A DNA stretch of 64,000 bases, taken from contig CM060733.1 in assembly GCA_030704615.1 (NCBI GenBank), positions 73,718,001 through 73,782,000 of the forward strand, read 5' to 3'. Below are positions 35,736-49,727 of the stretch, in pieces. A program made the translations under genes and the position numbers. The stretch's first letter is position 1, and each line of letters begins with the position of its first letter. The DNA is from Takakia lepidozioides. Taxonomy: Eukaryota > Plantae > Bryophyta. Under the pieces are notes generated by a model that worked only from the letters and a program-made list of their open reading frames with translations, had not been told where the DNA came from and ran no database searches.

Positions 35736-37613
35736 GTCTTGCATGCTAGAGTAGACATGTTTCAACTCGCCGACACTTATGGCACATACATTTTCATTCA
35801 GAAATCAAGCAGCTTCCCTGTGCCATATGGGGAATATACATGCTTGGATAATCTTCTGTTAAGGTTTTTTGCAATTCACTGCCAGTATGCTGGGACGTGT
35901 CCTTTGTCGTATGGATTGCTGTTTGCACAAGGTGCAATATGCAAATGCTGGAATGTGCAGTAGGACCCTTCCCACTGGAACACAGAACTAGCAATCTTGT
36001 AAAGGCATCACATTTGCAGAACAGTAACAATGTATTTGTAGCAAATTGGAGTCTTCTCATAAAGGTGGACGAAAACGCCAGGATGGGCTGCGAAATCACT
36101 ACAAATTGAATGAAGAGCAGTAACAAGGAAGCATTATGCAGTACATAGACCATAAACGGCGCTGAAATAGGCCTCAATGCCCGTTAATCTCCACACAATG
36201 TATGCTTTACTCGGATCCATTTGTAGACAACCAAAATAAAAAAAACATGCGCATGCCATTCATGGCCAAAAACCACATTCTCATGTATTGCGGCACCGAA
36301 ATTCACATGTAGCCATGGCGATGCGGCACCACCAAGTGTATAATTCCTCACAAAAAAATAGGGTGCAAGAAGATGAATGTAATATAATTGCCACTTTCTC
36401 CTTCCCGAATGTGGAATGTCAAGCAGTCCGACAAGTGTCCTGCCGTAGGGCCTTGTGCAGCTCGTTGAAACTCAGTGTTGGAGCATGGATGAAGACGTCC
36501 ACTGCGGATATGCAACTCATGCGCTTCAGAAAAATGTAATAAAGGTGTTTGCAGGGGACATATGCTGCATTCTTCGATTCCATAACAAGGAAGTCCTCAC
36601 AGTTGCAAGCTGGGTACTGTGAAACCGTGATTGTATACACGACACTGCGCGCAGCAGACCCGGCTGTTGACAACTGAAATATGCGCCCCATCCTGGGGTG
36701 AGGAACATCCCTGCAACCTTGCACTATGCAGGGCATTGCAAGAGCGTTGGCCATCCTGGTGTCGTTCGCCTTTGTTGGTGGCCGTCGTCTTTTCAGTTTC
36801 CCCCACCGATGGGTGGGCCAAGCTGCGGGGTCACCCACCGGTATGCGGGGCGAAGAGCTTCTCGTGGGAGGAGGATGACGACTGGGAATTGGATTTCGTG
36901 GAACGTATTTTAGCTTTCAGAGAATCAGGATGGAAGTACACGTTTACCCAAACACGGGAGTCCATGTTGAAGACGGGACCTCTCGGTACGCTCCGCAGCG
37001 AAGTCCTGCAGTGAGAAGAGTGTGTCCTACCTAATAACACAAATGATTTTCTGGAGGATTCCGCATCCAACAGGATGGGTGATCGGTGCACGTAAAGATG
37101 AAGGTATGTAACGTACGTTACAAAAACGGACGACAACAGCAAGTTCACATCGGATATTTGGTGCCTGAATTGTAATGTACAACCACTTGGGCTACAATAA
37201 ATCAGGCCTTCCCATGAATTCCGGCACCGAAATCTGGATGAACATCTCTGTCATGTAACAACTTTGGAAGCCAGGGGATGAATTTCGGCGACAGAAATAG
37301 TAATTTGTTCACCTCATGAAACTAACCAAGCACCCAACGGATGGATTTCGATGCAGAAATTCGGATGAACATCTTCTTCATCAAATTGTTTCTGCACATG
37401 AGGGTTGAATTTGGATGCCAAAATACGGATGAATGTGTTCCTGATTACAGTCGTGATTCACCACGTGTCCGGATATCGGTGCTGACATCTGAATGACAGT
37501 AATCCTGAATCGGCAGAATGGATGTATTTCGGCCCCGAAATTCATTCTTCATCTCCTTTTCCGACCCTAATTCTGCTGCCCTGCGGATGGATTTCAGTGC
37601 CAAATTCATCTGA

Positions 37614-37646
<33 letters not shown>

Positions 37647-37654
37647 GCGACAGA

Positions 37655-38690
37655 TGAACTTCGGCGCCGAATCTCATCCAAGTACTCCCTTCTAATTTTC
37701 ATTTTTCTTCGCGAGCAATGAATTTCGGCGCCGAAATTCATCCAAAGTCCTCCCGAATTTTTTTTTTTCTTTGCGAGCAATGAATTTCGGCGCCGACATT
37801 CATCCGAAGTCCTCCCGAATTTTGTTTTTTCTTCGCGACCAATGAATTTCGGCGCCGAAATTCATCCGAAGTCCTCCCAAATTTATTATTTTTTCTTCGC
37901 GAGCAATGAATTTCGGCGCCGAAATTCATCCGAAGTCCTCCCGAATTTTATTTTTTCTTCGCGAGCTATGAATTTCGGCGCCGAAATTCATCCAAAGTCC
38001 TCCCGAATTTTATTTTATTTCTTCGCGACCAATGAATTTCGGCGCCGAAATTCATCCGAAGTCCTCCCGAATTTTATTTTATTTCTTCGCGACCAATGAA
38101 TTTCGGCGCCGACATTCATCCGAAGTCCTCCCGAATTATTTTTTTTCTTCGCGAGCAATGAATTTCGGCGCCGACATTCATCCGAAGTCCTCCCGAATTT
38201 ATTTTTTTTTCTTTGCGAGCAATGAATTTCGGCGCCGAAATTCATCCGAAGTCCTCCCGAATTTTTTTTTTTTCTTCGCGAGCAATGAATTTCGGCGCCG
38301 AAATTCATCCGAAGTCCTCCCCAATTTTTTTTTTTTCTTCGCGAGCAATGAATTTCGGCGCCGAAATTCATCCGAAGTCCTCCCGAATTTTTTTTTTCTT
38401 CGCGAGCACTGTATTTCGGCGCCGAAATTCATCCGAAGTCCTCCCGAATTTATTTTTTCTTCGCGAGCAATGAATTTCGGCGCCGAAATTCATCCGAAGT
38501 CCTCCCGAATTTTATTTTTTTTCTTCGCGAGCAATGAATTTCGGCGCCGAAATTCATCCGAAGTCCTCCCAAATTTTATTTTTTCTTCGCGAGCAATGAA
38601 TTTTGGCGCCGAAATTCAATCGACTCCATCCCTCCAAATTCTTTTCAGGGTTTGAGCGCCAGATTTCAGCGCCGAAATTCATCCAATGCC
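37655..38690. repeat. ~62-bp palindrome array (~15-17 units), inverted counterpart of 18100-18795
   Basis: Same unit in reverse orientation with more copies. Confidence 0.95.
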
Positions 38691-39358
38691 CTCCCTCTCC
38701 AATATTTATTTTTCTTTGAAATGGATGAATTTCGGCGCCGGAATTCATCCTTACTGTCCGCAATGAGTAACTCTAATATTACATTTTCTATGCGACGGAT
38801 GAATTTTGGCGCCGAAATTCGTCCAAACCCGACACTTACTATTTGCTTCTAGATGATATAATTTTCGGTAAATCGTTGGAAATACCCCGTTCCGACGAAG
38901 ATAACAGGAATATTCTGCATTTAATGGAGAAATCGGCATATTGAACCCCTTCTGTCAAAATTAATTGCATTTTAGCCGTTTTTTTTCCTTTGAAACCGAC
39001 AGTATCCATTAAGTGGTCTTTTTCGCACGGGACGTTGCCGCACATAAAGTATAATTTCGGCGCCGAAATTATAGTTAAATGTCCAGAAATGGCAAGTCCA
39101 ACAGGCATGGACAGCATCCGTCAGGGGCAATGATGGCGGCAAAGCATAGCATGGTGCCGATTTAGTCTTCGCTCTGGATGAATTTCGGCGCCGAAATATG
39201 GATGAAATGTGCCCAAGTGCAACCGTTTCCACTGTCCCGGAATTAATTCCGGCTCCGATATCCCACTGACAGGTTTGCTCATGACGAATGAGGACTTGGG
39301 AAGCGATGAATTGCGGCGCCGAAATTTGTAAGTTTGTGTACGAAAGCACTTGAATAGG

Positions 39359-39830
39359 AGCTGCTGACAGCTTTGTGGTCATACAGGACTTCATATAAAG
39401 TCACCACTAAGTATACACCATTCCAATTAGTTTATGGTATGGAAGCCTTACTTCCAGTGGAATTCCTGTTACCTACCATGAGAACGGAGTGGGGAAAGAG
39501 AATGGAATTGCAAGATTCCATTAAGGTCAGGAAACATGAATTATACCATGTGGAAGAAGTACGTGCTGATGCAGCTGATAATATGACCAGAATTCAGATG
39601 AAGAGAAAGGAACAGTTTGATGAAGGCAAGTTAAAGACTTTTAAGACGGGGGATTTGGTTCTATGGTTGCAGAAGAAGGGAAAGATTAAAGCTTCTAAGC
39701 TTAAATCACCATGGAAAGGACCTTATGTCATACAAAAGATGTATGATAACAACACCGCCATGTTACAAACCATTAACAAATAAATACTGGGAAGAGTCAA
39801 TGCCAATAAGTTAAAATGATACAGTGGTAT
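39359..39830 (+). pseudogene. pol: Integrase C-terminus with GPY/F motif (copy C)
   Basis: TPFQLVYG...KSPWKGPYVI...VNANKLK. Confidence 0.9.
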
Positions 39831-40611
39831 CCATGACAAACCCTTGCAGCATGATTTGCATGTTGAAACGCAAGAGCAGTCACGGGCTGCACCAGTGTTA
39901 CCAACGGAGTATGGAGCACTTGTCGCTAGGCCAAGCATATATGACCAGGGCGGGCGGAAAAGGCAAAACACAGCCTATCACAGCCCATCACAACGTGACA
40001 CAGCCTATCACAGCCCAGCACGACGCAACACAGCCTATCACAACCTACCACCGCGTGTCACAGCCTATCACAGCGTACCACAGTATGACACAGTCTGTCA
40101 CAGCTCAACACAGCCTACTAGGGTTACACGATCCATAGAATCAGTGACAGGTGGACGCACAATAACTTCAGGAAAATGGCTGACGGAAGAAAAGACGGAA
40201 ACCAGTTTAAAAATAGACACGTGGAAGTCAGGGCGCGACACACAGCTGAGAAGGAAGTGCAAGAACAGGTGTCATCAAGAAAGAGGACAAGAATGGCCGT
40301 CAAAATACCTAATCAGCGCGTCAAATTGGATGAAAGGCGGGCCTATTAATGAATACGGAAAAAGGGGAACGGAACAAACGGCAAGTACAGAAAAGCGAAA
40401 TTCTTGTCACATGTGTGATCCTAGTGGACTATCCAGCAGGGAAAGTCCACTAAAGAAAATGAAATCTAAAATCCAGTCACAGCGGTTACAGCCAATAGAA
40501 AGCCAGAGAAAGGATCAAGAAATTGGAGGGAAATTAAGCGCAAGAGGCGGCGTCGTTCTGAGTAACGGGCGTCTCGACGGGACAGACCATCAATGCTATA
40601 GCTTGGAAACT

Positions 40612-43600
40612 ATGGAGGAACTAACAGACTATACGCTCGCAATATTACTTACGCAGTGGCATAGACACGAAAGAACAGAGCGGAACTTTTCTCTTGATTG
40701 ATGCTTGCAAGCTCCACAGGCTTACAAGAAATTACCCATAGCTTTTTGTGGCAACCATACGTTTATGCTTTGTGCACTACAGGCATTTCTGCAGTTGTTA
40801 CAGCCAAAACATTTCTGTGGGTCTAAAATGAAGAGAGTGAGAGGAATGGAGGAAATCAGGGTGAATAGCACCACAATTCTGCAGAAACAAACGATTGCTA
40901 CCCCACAGGCGATACAGATACTGAAGGAGCTGAGATTGCAAGGATTGCAAAGCATAGATTGGACATTGCACCATAGACAGTACATGTTACAATTCTTGCA
41001 GAACTTTGAGCCAAGGACAAGAACAACAACGGTGAAGGGAGTTGAATTAGTAATTACTCCCCTATACCTCCAGCAATTGTTTCGATTGCCAGCAGGTGCA
41101 TGTGGAGGAGCACAGGGCAAGACTGCAAATAGGGGACTTATTCCAAGAAGGGAGTTTCTTTAAAACTGAGGGTTATGCTTGTACCAAGGCCGTGTACCCA
41201 GGGCTAAAGGAGGTAGGCCAGGTATTGAATGTTCTGATTGCCATGAAACAGAACCAACAGTATTTGAGCAGATCCTTCACGGAGAAAATACTCAAAGCCC
41301 TGAAAGGACAAGAGGTAGAATGGGCAGACATAATGTACAACGCACTGGTGGAGGAGATGAAAAGATTACAAGGTACTACCGCAAAGTCTCCTATCATAGT
41401 GTCTGGCCCAATCATTGCTCAAATAATTCTTGATTCTAGCATACTTGATGCGCAAGAAAGAAAGGAGATGGGAGTGTTTGAGCCAGAAACCACTGCAATG
41501 GAAGAGCAAGGCTCTTCACACAGTGAGGGTGGACTAGCAGGGCAACCCGAGACTAAGAGGCAGAGACGGGGAAAGACTGTAGTGGCGGATCCACTGGCTT
41601 CACGGATTCCGCATGATAATGTTTCCCAAGCTCATATGCAGGAAGGGGCACAGCAGCACAGAGAACTGCTATTACTGGAAGCAGGACCTTCAGAGAGGGA
41701 AGAGGAAGTTACTTCAGTATCACAGCCATCACAGCCAGCTGATCGACTTGTCACAAGGTTACAAGTTGTCCATGCAGCTCAACCAGAAATAATTGATTTG
41801 GAAAAAGAAGGGTTAGATATTCCAACTACAGAACAGATAGTGGCAGAAATTGAAAAAGGGGACCTTCTCTATGAATATTCTGGTCTGGTCAAGGAGACAG
41901 AGATTCCAGAGGTGCAACAATTGCCCAAGGGAAATCCTAAGGTGCATATAATACACACACCTGTGTCGGAGGTACCACAGGTAGAATGTCAAGACACTGC
42001 AGCACCGGTGATGGATGAATTGGTTCAGGAAGAAAATCCGGTGGGACAATGGCCTGAGTGGTTCGTGAGACATCACACGGTTGAGGATCAGGAGGAACAG
42101 CAGCAACCTCACCATGATGACCCTCAACAGGCAATGCTGATGAGTTCCATAGGCAGGACACTCAATTTGTTGGGGACTTATGTCAAATCCCATGTTCCAA
42201 CTACCCAATTGACAGCCTTGAGAGAGGAACTCAGGAAGGAGTTTGAGGCTCGACTAGCCACTGAGTGTGCAAACAAGGTCAATGAAGAGGTCACTCTCAA
42301 GATGCAGCAGGACTTGGAAAATACAGAAGCGGCTTTGCAATTGGCCAAGGAACAATTGATTGAGGCAGGCCTCGCGCAAGACCAGTTGCACGAAGCACAT
42401 AAGCAACAGCTATACCAAATGCAGGTGCAGCATGAAACCAAGTTGCAAGAAGTGAATGCACTACATACGGAGTTGCAGATAGTGCATGACAGGATGGCGA
42501 TACAATGTGCTACATTCACAACTATGCTTGACCAATCTACAAAAGAAATAAACAGTCAAGCGAAAAAATGTACAAAGGCAGAAGCAGAGAATGTTGAGCA
42601 AATGAACCTCATTGTCGATATGAAGAATACAATCTGTCGCAATGAGGATACTTTCAAGCAATACAAACAGATTGAAGCTGATCAAGAGAAGTACATCCTG
42701 GAGTTGCAACAAACGCTCGTGGCCAATAGAAATGAAATCTCGGTCACTAACAAGGCTTGGAAGGAAGCTAATAATCTACTTGCTGCCTATGCGAATTTGG
42801 TTGAACCTCATGCGAAGCGCATGGAGGCTTTACAACAGCAGTTAGAAGTGTACAAACTCATAGAGGAGCACACTCTCAGAGGAACCACAAGCAACTTGGT
42901 GGATAACAGCCTTATGCAGGTCTGGTTAGCACAAGGGCCAGTGGAGGGCAAAGCACCACGAAAGCTCACCCAAAGCGAGATGAATGAGCTCAGACTGCAA
43001 GTGCATAACATTGCCACAACTACTATAGACAATGTCTATAGTAGGATAGCAGAGTTACAGGAGGATGTAGACGGACTGCAGACTCAAGTGGAGGACCTCA
43101 CTTCAAATATCAACAAAAGAGTCTATATCCCTCAGGAACAGCTAATGGCTTCTTATTTACAAGCCAAAACTTTGGCTTTTCAGTCTTCACAGGAGGTGCA
43201 GGAGATGCCAATGATACAAGAGCCAGTACCACCAACACCACAACAAGTCACTGTACCAGTAGCTGAACCTGTTGTTACTACAACCACACCACAGCCACCA
43301 CAGCCTGAGGTATGGGGCAATGCTGCTTTTAACCCACCTAAAACTCCAGCTGCAAGGGAGTACAATAGGGCTATGATTATGTCCTTCAACCAAATTCCCA
43401 TCATGTTGGATTTGGCTTGGAAAGAATTTAGTCCTCCGCAGTCATTCGCACATTATTACCAAATCATGCGTATTTGGCTGCCAGTGGCAACTGGGACTAA
43501 AGTTCTTCCGAACAATCGACATATTGAGGATCATCACTTTGCACAATACTGGCATGAGGCAAGTACAATGTTGAAGGAATTAATTGCCTTCCAAGTTGTA

Positions 43601-44374
43601 CATGGATTCATTTATACCAAGACCAAGGAGGTAGCAAGTATTGTCATGGGATGCGGGTTATACTACGCTGCTTGTTTTCTGGTACGTTATCACATTGAGC
43701 AGCACAAGATGCAAGCGCGCTTTCTGAGTTATTCCAGTGGGGATCATTGGATCTTACCTTCAGTGCCACCTCATATGTACCTATATGAGGCAAAAGTTAT
43801 GATGCAAAAGGATTCTCAAATTCGTTCATGGTTTCAAGCGGCCTGGAACATTTTGTCAACACAAAAATTTGGCATTAATGATATTTTCTATAAGGGACAT
43901 GTGGCATGGAAATACTTGCACGGTGCACAAGTAATTGGTACCCCACTCACCTGGAGTGACAAGGAGCTCAGTGTCTTCACCAATTTTGCTGTTCAGCGTT
44001 TACAGCAAGTTGTAAAATATAAACTTCCAGACATGGTAGGACAACATTGTATGCCCCAGAGAATTCCACAAAAAGATCGACAATTAAAACACCTGAGAGG
44101 CGATGAGGATTCTGATACAACTGTTTCTTCAGCGGATTCTTTTGACATGGGAGAAGACTATGCAATTCAGATGGCAGAGAAGAAGCGACGGGGGTCTCCT
44201 ATGCCTGAAAGGTTACCTCGATATCAGCCTCCAGAGGGCCTCACTTATCCTGGTAGTGTTCAAACATCTCCGTCAACCAGTGACAGACCTCGGGCTCGTA
44301 CACACAGTCCGCCACGAAACTCTCAACGTAAGAAAGGTGCTCACTCACAAAGGTTTGCTAATCGCAATCAGTAA
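40612..44374 (+). CDS. Extra ORF3 (~1250 aa consensus): plant-mobile-domain-like N-terminus, acidic linker, long coiled coil, aromatic C-terminal domain
   Basis: 1092-aa open stretch 41096-44374; the upstream part is restored by comparison with the other copies (TGA at 40699, 5-nt deletion at ~41095). Confidence 0.8.
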
Positions 44375-44412
44375 ACCGTGAGGACACGGCTTTTTGAGAG
44401 GGGAAGGGGTAA

Positions 44413-45387
44413 TGTTAGAGGACTGTCTGGGACTTAGACACTTATATGGGATCTGTAGGGTACCCTTAATTTTTTCACAGACTGAGACCAACATGAGCCT
44501 TAGGGGTGACAGCAGCGCACTGTAGAGGGGGGTTACACAGTCCGTCACAGTCGTCACAGCCGACACAGCCACACATCCAGTCACAGCCGACACAGCCAGA
44601 CACAGTTAGCACAGCTCGTCACAGCCCGACACAGCCATCACAGCCAACACAGCCCGTCACAGCCGACACAACCAAACACAGTCGCACAGCAAGTCACAGC
44701 CCGTCACAGTTTCACACAGCCAGTCACAGCTTGACACAGCTGTCACGACCAGAGGGAACGGAGAGCAGGACAGGGAACGACTGTGGGGAACAACACCTGC
44801 AAATGGAACATGTTAGTTCACGGACGACGGTTAGTGAGGGAAACGGTTAGAGCCACGGGTAGGAAGATAAAGGGAGAGCAAGGACTGAGAGAGGGATATA
44901 TATTCTTGGAAGCACTTCAGGGAGAGGGACTTCTTGGTCATGCATGAGAGGGGATCGGACGGAGAGTAAAGATCGAGACCACGGTGAAAGATGATTAGTA
45001 GATGCTTGTTATATGCAAAACTGTAGTGATATTGTAGAGCAGATTAGAGACACAATGGCTTCGGCCTGATACCTGATAAATCATAATCTGATACTTATAC
45101 GATACAATCACATTGTGTAGAGAGATCTGAGTGAAGCTGTGGAATGAATGGATGGGTTGATGGAATCCGATAGATTGATAAAGCAAACTGATACTTAATT
45201 AGTAATGGTAAGGTAGCTAACATGAATGCGGAAAGGGAAACAAATAGGAAACACCCCCATGATACACTAGCTGTAGGTCATGACTGATTGTTCTGCGCGG
45301 GCTGAGTACTTAGAAATTTCCAACTCTTCTATCTTGGAGTTTCCGCCTCGGATAGCGAAGGGATGGGTGAGTAAAAGCCGTGCGACA
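44413..45387 (+). repeat. 3' LTR of copy C
   Basis: PPT GAGAGGGGAAGGGG at ~44396-44409; TG...CA. Confidence 0.95.
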
Positions 45388-48172
45388 CGGATGTCCCAAT
45401 AATAAGGAGTAAGCCTCCATGACTTCATCCATCTTCAATACAGTTACTGTTATCATAAAGATCATCTTCTGTATCTGTATCTTAACTCCTCTTATTAATC
45501 CCAATGGCTGTACACTTCTTTGATCTGCCATTGTTACTGTAAATGGGGCTGGTTTCATGTTACTTAGACCAAGCTTCTTTCTTATTTGGTCTGTCATGAT
45601 ATTTACTCCAGAACCTCCATCTATCAGTACATCAGTTAGTTCTGTGCTTCCAATTCTCAATTGGATTACTGGCATAGAATCATCAAAGTCCATGACTGTT
45701 TCTCGCCCTTCCGGCTTCACATTATAACTGGTCACCTTGCTGTTCAGGTCTGTGTTTCCTGTCTCCTGGGCAATTCGATTGATTGCTTGATACAGCCTGT
45801 GCCTACAATAAGGTGCCACAGCCAATAGCTGTCCAATGGTAATCTCTGCTTTGGTCGGGCATATTACTTCAGCCAAAGTCTCTTCATTACTTTGCATGCC
45901 TGCATCTTCTTTCTTCCTTTCATCCTCACTCCCTTCTTCTTCTTCATCAGAATCAGAGGAATCTGCCACAGGAATATCAGTACTCTCTTGCATTTCCCTT
46001 ATGGTATCTGCCACTTCCTTGTGCAGTTCCTTCTTATCTTTCCAAGTCTCTTCATCTTCAGGCATATCACTGCCATCTTCATTATCATCATCTTCCTCAG
46101 CTAGTGGAGGTATTAGTTTGGCTTTGCTTCTGGTTACTATCATTGTACTTACTTCTCGTACAACACATGGCCTAACCATGTGAGTTGCCACCATTGGGCC
46201 CTCATTCACAAGAGCTCTCATCTCATTCTGGTGTCTTATCCAGAATGAACAGGCTGCCCTGCGATGTCCTGGCTGATTACAATAGTAACATAGTTCTTCA
46301 CCATTGGGTCCTCGCCCTTGGTCTGTTCTTGGATTATTTCTGTAATCCTGATTCCCGGGCTGGTAATTCCCCCTTGGATTACCCTGATAGTTGCCTCTGG
46401 AATTTCCTTGGTAATTTCCTCTTGAATTACCTCTCCCTTCCATGCCATTGTTATAACCACTAGACCTACCATAGTGGTCCTGATCATTGTTTCTTCTTGG
46501 CTGGGGCTGCACCTGATGCACCCTTACTTGCCTAGGTTCTCTTCCAGCTGTCTTTCTGTTGTAGTAACAATTCTCAGTAGAATGGTTATCTATTTTACAG
46601 ATAGTACAGTGTTTCTCCTTCATGTGGCATTCTGTGGTGGTATGGCCTTCATTCTGGCACTTTGCACACCAAACACCCTTCCTCCAATGTGTTGCAGCCT
46701 CTGTGGCATACTTCTTCAAGATTTCTTCCAATCTTTTTTCATAGTTATCCCTCTTCAACTTCTCCTTTCTCTTACTCTTCCTTTTTAGTTCTTGCTCTTC
46801 TTCTTCATCGGACTCATCCTCAGAGTCCTCATCATCCCTTTTCTCTCTCCTGAGCATTCCCAATTGCTCAATTCTGTTTGCAGTTTCAAATGCCTCCTCC
46901 ACTGTATTATGGGGTAACATATCCACTTTCTTTTGCAACTCTGGTCTTAGTCCACTCACAAACCAAGTCTTCTGTAAACCGGGTGCTGGTACTGCAGCCA
47001 GCTTTTTCATCATCAATTCCATCTTTTCCATATACTCCTCAACAATTTCATGCTTCTTTTGCTTTAACTGTTGTAAACTTCCATACACTTCATCTTCAGT
47101 TTTACTTGTCCTGAACCTATTTCGAAATGCTGTATTCAAGCCATTCTAGGTTAGGAAATGATTATCAAGGAATCTTGCATACCATTCACTTGCTTTCTTG
47201 ATAAGTGAACAAGGAAACAATCTCATCTTGGCATCATCGCCATTCTCATTGTTCACTATACACATGTGCTCAAATTGGCTAATGTGTACATCGGGATCCC
47301 CTTTTCCTGAATATATTGGAAAGGGTGGTTTTGCCCGTGTTGGTTTAACGCCATCTGTGGCCCTACCTTCTCCCCACTAACAGGTGCTGGCACCCTTGCT
47401 GGTGCTGGTCCTTCAGGACCTGTTGTTTTTGTGGTGGATCTTCCACCAAGTGGTGGCCCTTGAGCACTCCCTGCTATTGGCCCCACGATATTCACAGTAT
47501 TCCCAGCTTCAGTTGCACTACTTCCCACACTCCCTGTCCCCCAGAGCCAGATCCAGGCCGCCCGCCTGATCCCCTGAGCCGACACCTTTGTTGGCTGTGA
47601 TCCAAGTGCTTCACTTGATCCAGGTCCAACGGGTTGGGATGTCCTGGTTGTAGTCTCAACCTCAGCTGTTGGGTCTACTTCTTCATACTCTTCCTTCTCT
47701 CTCTCTCTTTCATCATCCTCCAAGTTCTGTCCTTGGGTTTCTTCTTCACTCATGTAACTCAACTACAATGGTGTTGGAGAGTCTGAACTCTCCATTGGCT
47801 CTGCCACATTCTCTCCTCCTTCTTCACCTTCCGCTTCAGAAACTGGAGTTCCTGCTTTTGGTGTTCCATGCAACTCTTATCAAAGATTTCTGTCAAATCT
47901 TTTATCCAGGGATGTACCTCAGATCTTTCACCTCGTGATTGATCTTCTCTCGTACCAATTCCCTTAATCTTTCTTGCAAAAAAATAGAAGGAGTGGTATC
48001 CACTCTAGTTCTTCCGGTATGGGTGATGTACTCTTTGATCTTAATGGTGTGAGAGGTCCAGATGATTCCCCTATGTCTATTCCTCTCTCCCAAGATATGG
48101 ATAATTAGCTTTCAGATAGCTTTCTCTTTTTATTGAATATCTCTGGCGTCTATCTTCTCTTTCATCACTCAT
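45388..48172 (-). pseudogene. gag: gag - protease of copy B
   Basis: Three CCHC-type knuckles (CAKCQNEGHTTTEC, CTICKIDNHSTENC, CYYCNQPGHRRAAC), IDGGSG, YSLLLG|. Confidence 0.92.
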
Positions 48173-48766
48173 GTCCCATGTCTTTCATTTCTTTTTAATG
48201 TGGCAATAACCAAAACTCTCTTCTGTAATATCTCTCGTATATGCCTGGGTTTCTTTCAAGCTTCAATGCACCCTTGGTTATACTTGAAGTCTCCGTTACC
48301 ATATAACCATATGGCAAACAAGTCTGAAAAGCTGTTCTTGGTGTGAGTTTGATCCACAAAATATCCTTTGGAATCCAATTCTTTACCAGTACAAGCTCTT
48401 CATGCATATGAGTATAAACATTCACCTTTCTTTCTTCCAGCCTTCAAACTCTACTCGCTTAATGGATAGCAATGCTATCACATTAACCAACGTGCTCTTC
48501 CTCTACAGGCTACCTGATAAATCTTTATCACTCCTTTCTCCAGACCCCATTCTGGATTAGCATCATGCACTCGCTTAAGAATATTTTCTTTACAACCGTC
48601 TGGCAATTCCAAGAACCTTTGAAAGAATTGTTTGGACAATCTTTCTTCCTTCGTTCCACAGGGAATTTGATTCACTTCAAATTCTTTAATGGTCCAACCA
48701 CCATGATCCCACCAGATGCCTGTCACATCTGGTTGTTCATGACTCAGTTCCCAGTATGGTCGCCAA

Positions 48767-49727
48767 TGTCGCGCGGCTTTTACTCACCCATCCCTTCGCT
48801 ATCCGAGGCGGAAACTCCAAGATAGAAGAGTTGGAAATCTCTAAGTACTCAGCCCGCTCAGAACAATCAGTCATGACCTACAGCTAGTGTATCATGGGGG
48901 TGTTTCCTATTTGTTTCCCTTTCCGCATTCATGTTAGCTACCTTACCATTGATAATTAAGTATCAGTTTGCTTCATCAATCTATCGGATTCCATCAACTC
49001 ATCCATTCATTCCAGAGCTTCACTCAGATCTCTCTACACAGTGTGATTGTATCGTAAAAGTATCAGATTATGATTTATCAGGTATCAAGCCGAAGCCATT
49101 GTGTCTCTAATCTGCTCTACAATATCACTACAGCTTTGCATATAACAAGCATCTACTAATCATCTCTCCTCCTTCACCGTGCTCTCCATCTTTGCTTCCG
49201 TTCTTGCTCTCCGCCCGATCCCCTCTCATGCATGACCAAGAAGTCTCCCCGTGAAGTGCCCCCCTTCAGTCCTTGCTCCTCGTTTTATCTTTCTACCCGT
49301 TGTTCTTAACCGCTTCCCTCACTAACCGTCGTCCGCGAACTAACATGTTCCCTTCGCAGGTGTTGTTCCCCACAGTCGTTCCCTGTCCTGCTATCCTTTC
49401 CTTATGGTCATGACAGCTGTGTCAAGCTGTGACTGGCTGTGTGAAATTGTGACGGGTTGTGACCGGCTGTGTCGGGCTGTTACTGGCTGTGTGTCTGTTC
49501 AGCTGTGACGGGCTGTGTTGGCTGTGATGGGCTGTGTTGGGCTGTGTGAAGCTGTGATGGGCTGTGTTGGCTGTGACTGGCTGTGTTGGCTATGATGGGC
49601 TGTATAACCCCCTTCTAAAGTGCGCTGCTGTCACCCCTAAGGCTCCTGTTGGTCTCAGTCTGTGCAAAAATTAAGGGTACCCTACAGATCCCGTATAAGT
49701 GTCTAAGTCCCAGACAGTCCTCTAACA
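48767..49727 (-). repeat. 5' LTR of copy B
   Basis: PBS adjacent; shares diagnostic variants with 22441-23418; flanked by ATGAG (reverse complement CTCAT). Confidence 0.95.

Larger units (their letters stand above)
34371..39358 (-). mobile_element. MULE-like element, right part; 35582-39358 is an inverted copy of ~17430-20875
   Basis: TIR at 34371; subterminal ATAACGGCGCCGAAATTGG repeats 34609-35065; SWIM remnant 36419-36838; palindrome array. Confidence 0.8.
29996..45387 (+). mobile_element. Gypsy copy C, inserted antisense into the protease of copy B; its PR-RT-RH-INT core is replaced by an LTR fragment plus the MULE-like element
   Basis: Both LTRs, PBS and PPT present; flanks CGGAC (29991-29995) and CGGAT (45388-45392) form a 5-bp TSD splitting LLG(R)P|WLKQ. 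Confidence 0.85.

Noticed and set aside
37738-38763. MNFGAEIH / EFRRRNS repeat ORFs
   Set aside because: Translation by-products of the palindromic array on both strands.
41096-44374. Retroviral envelope protein
   Set aside because: In the env position, but no signal peptide or transmembrane stretch is evident; kept as an unknown accessory ORF.
45310-45387. C-terminal extension of the 609-aa gag ORF
   Set aside because: Read-through into the antisense LTR of inserted copy C; the true continuation is at 29995.
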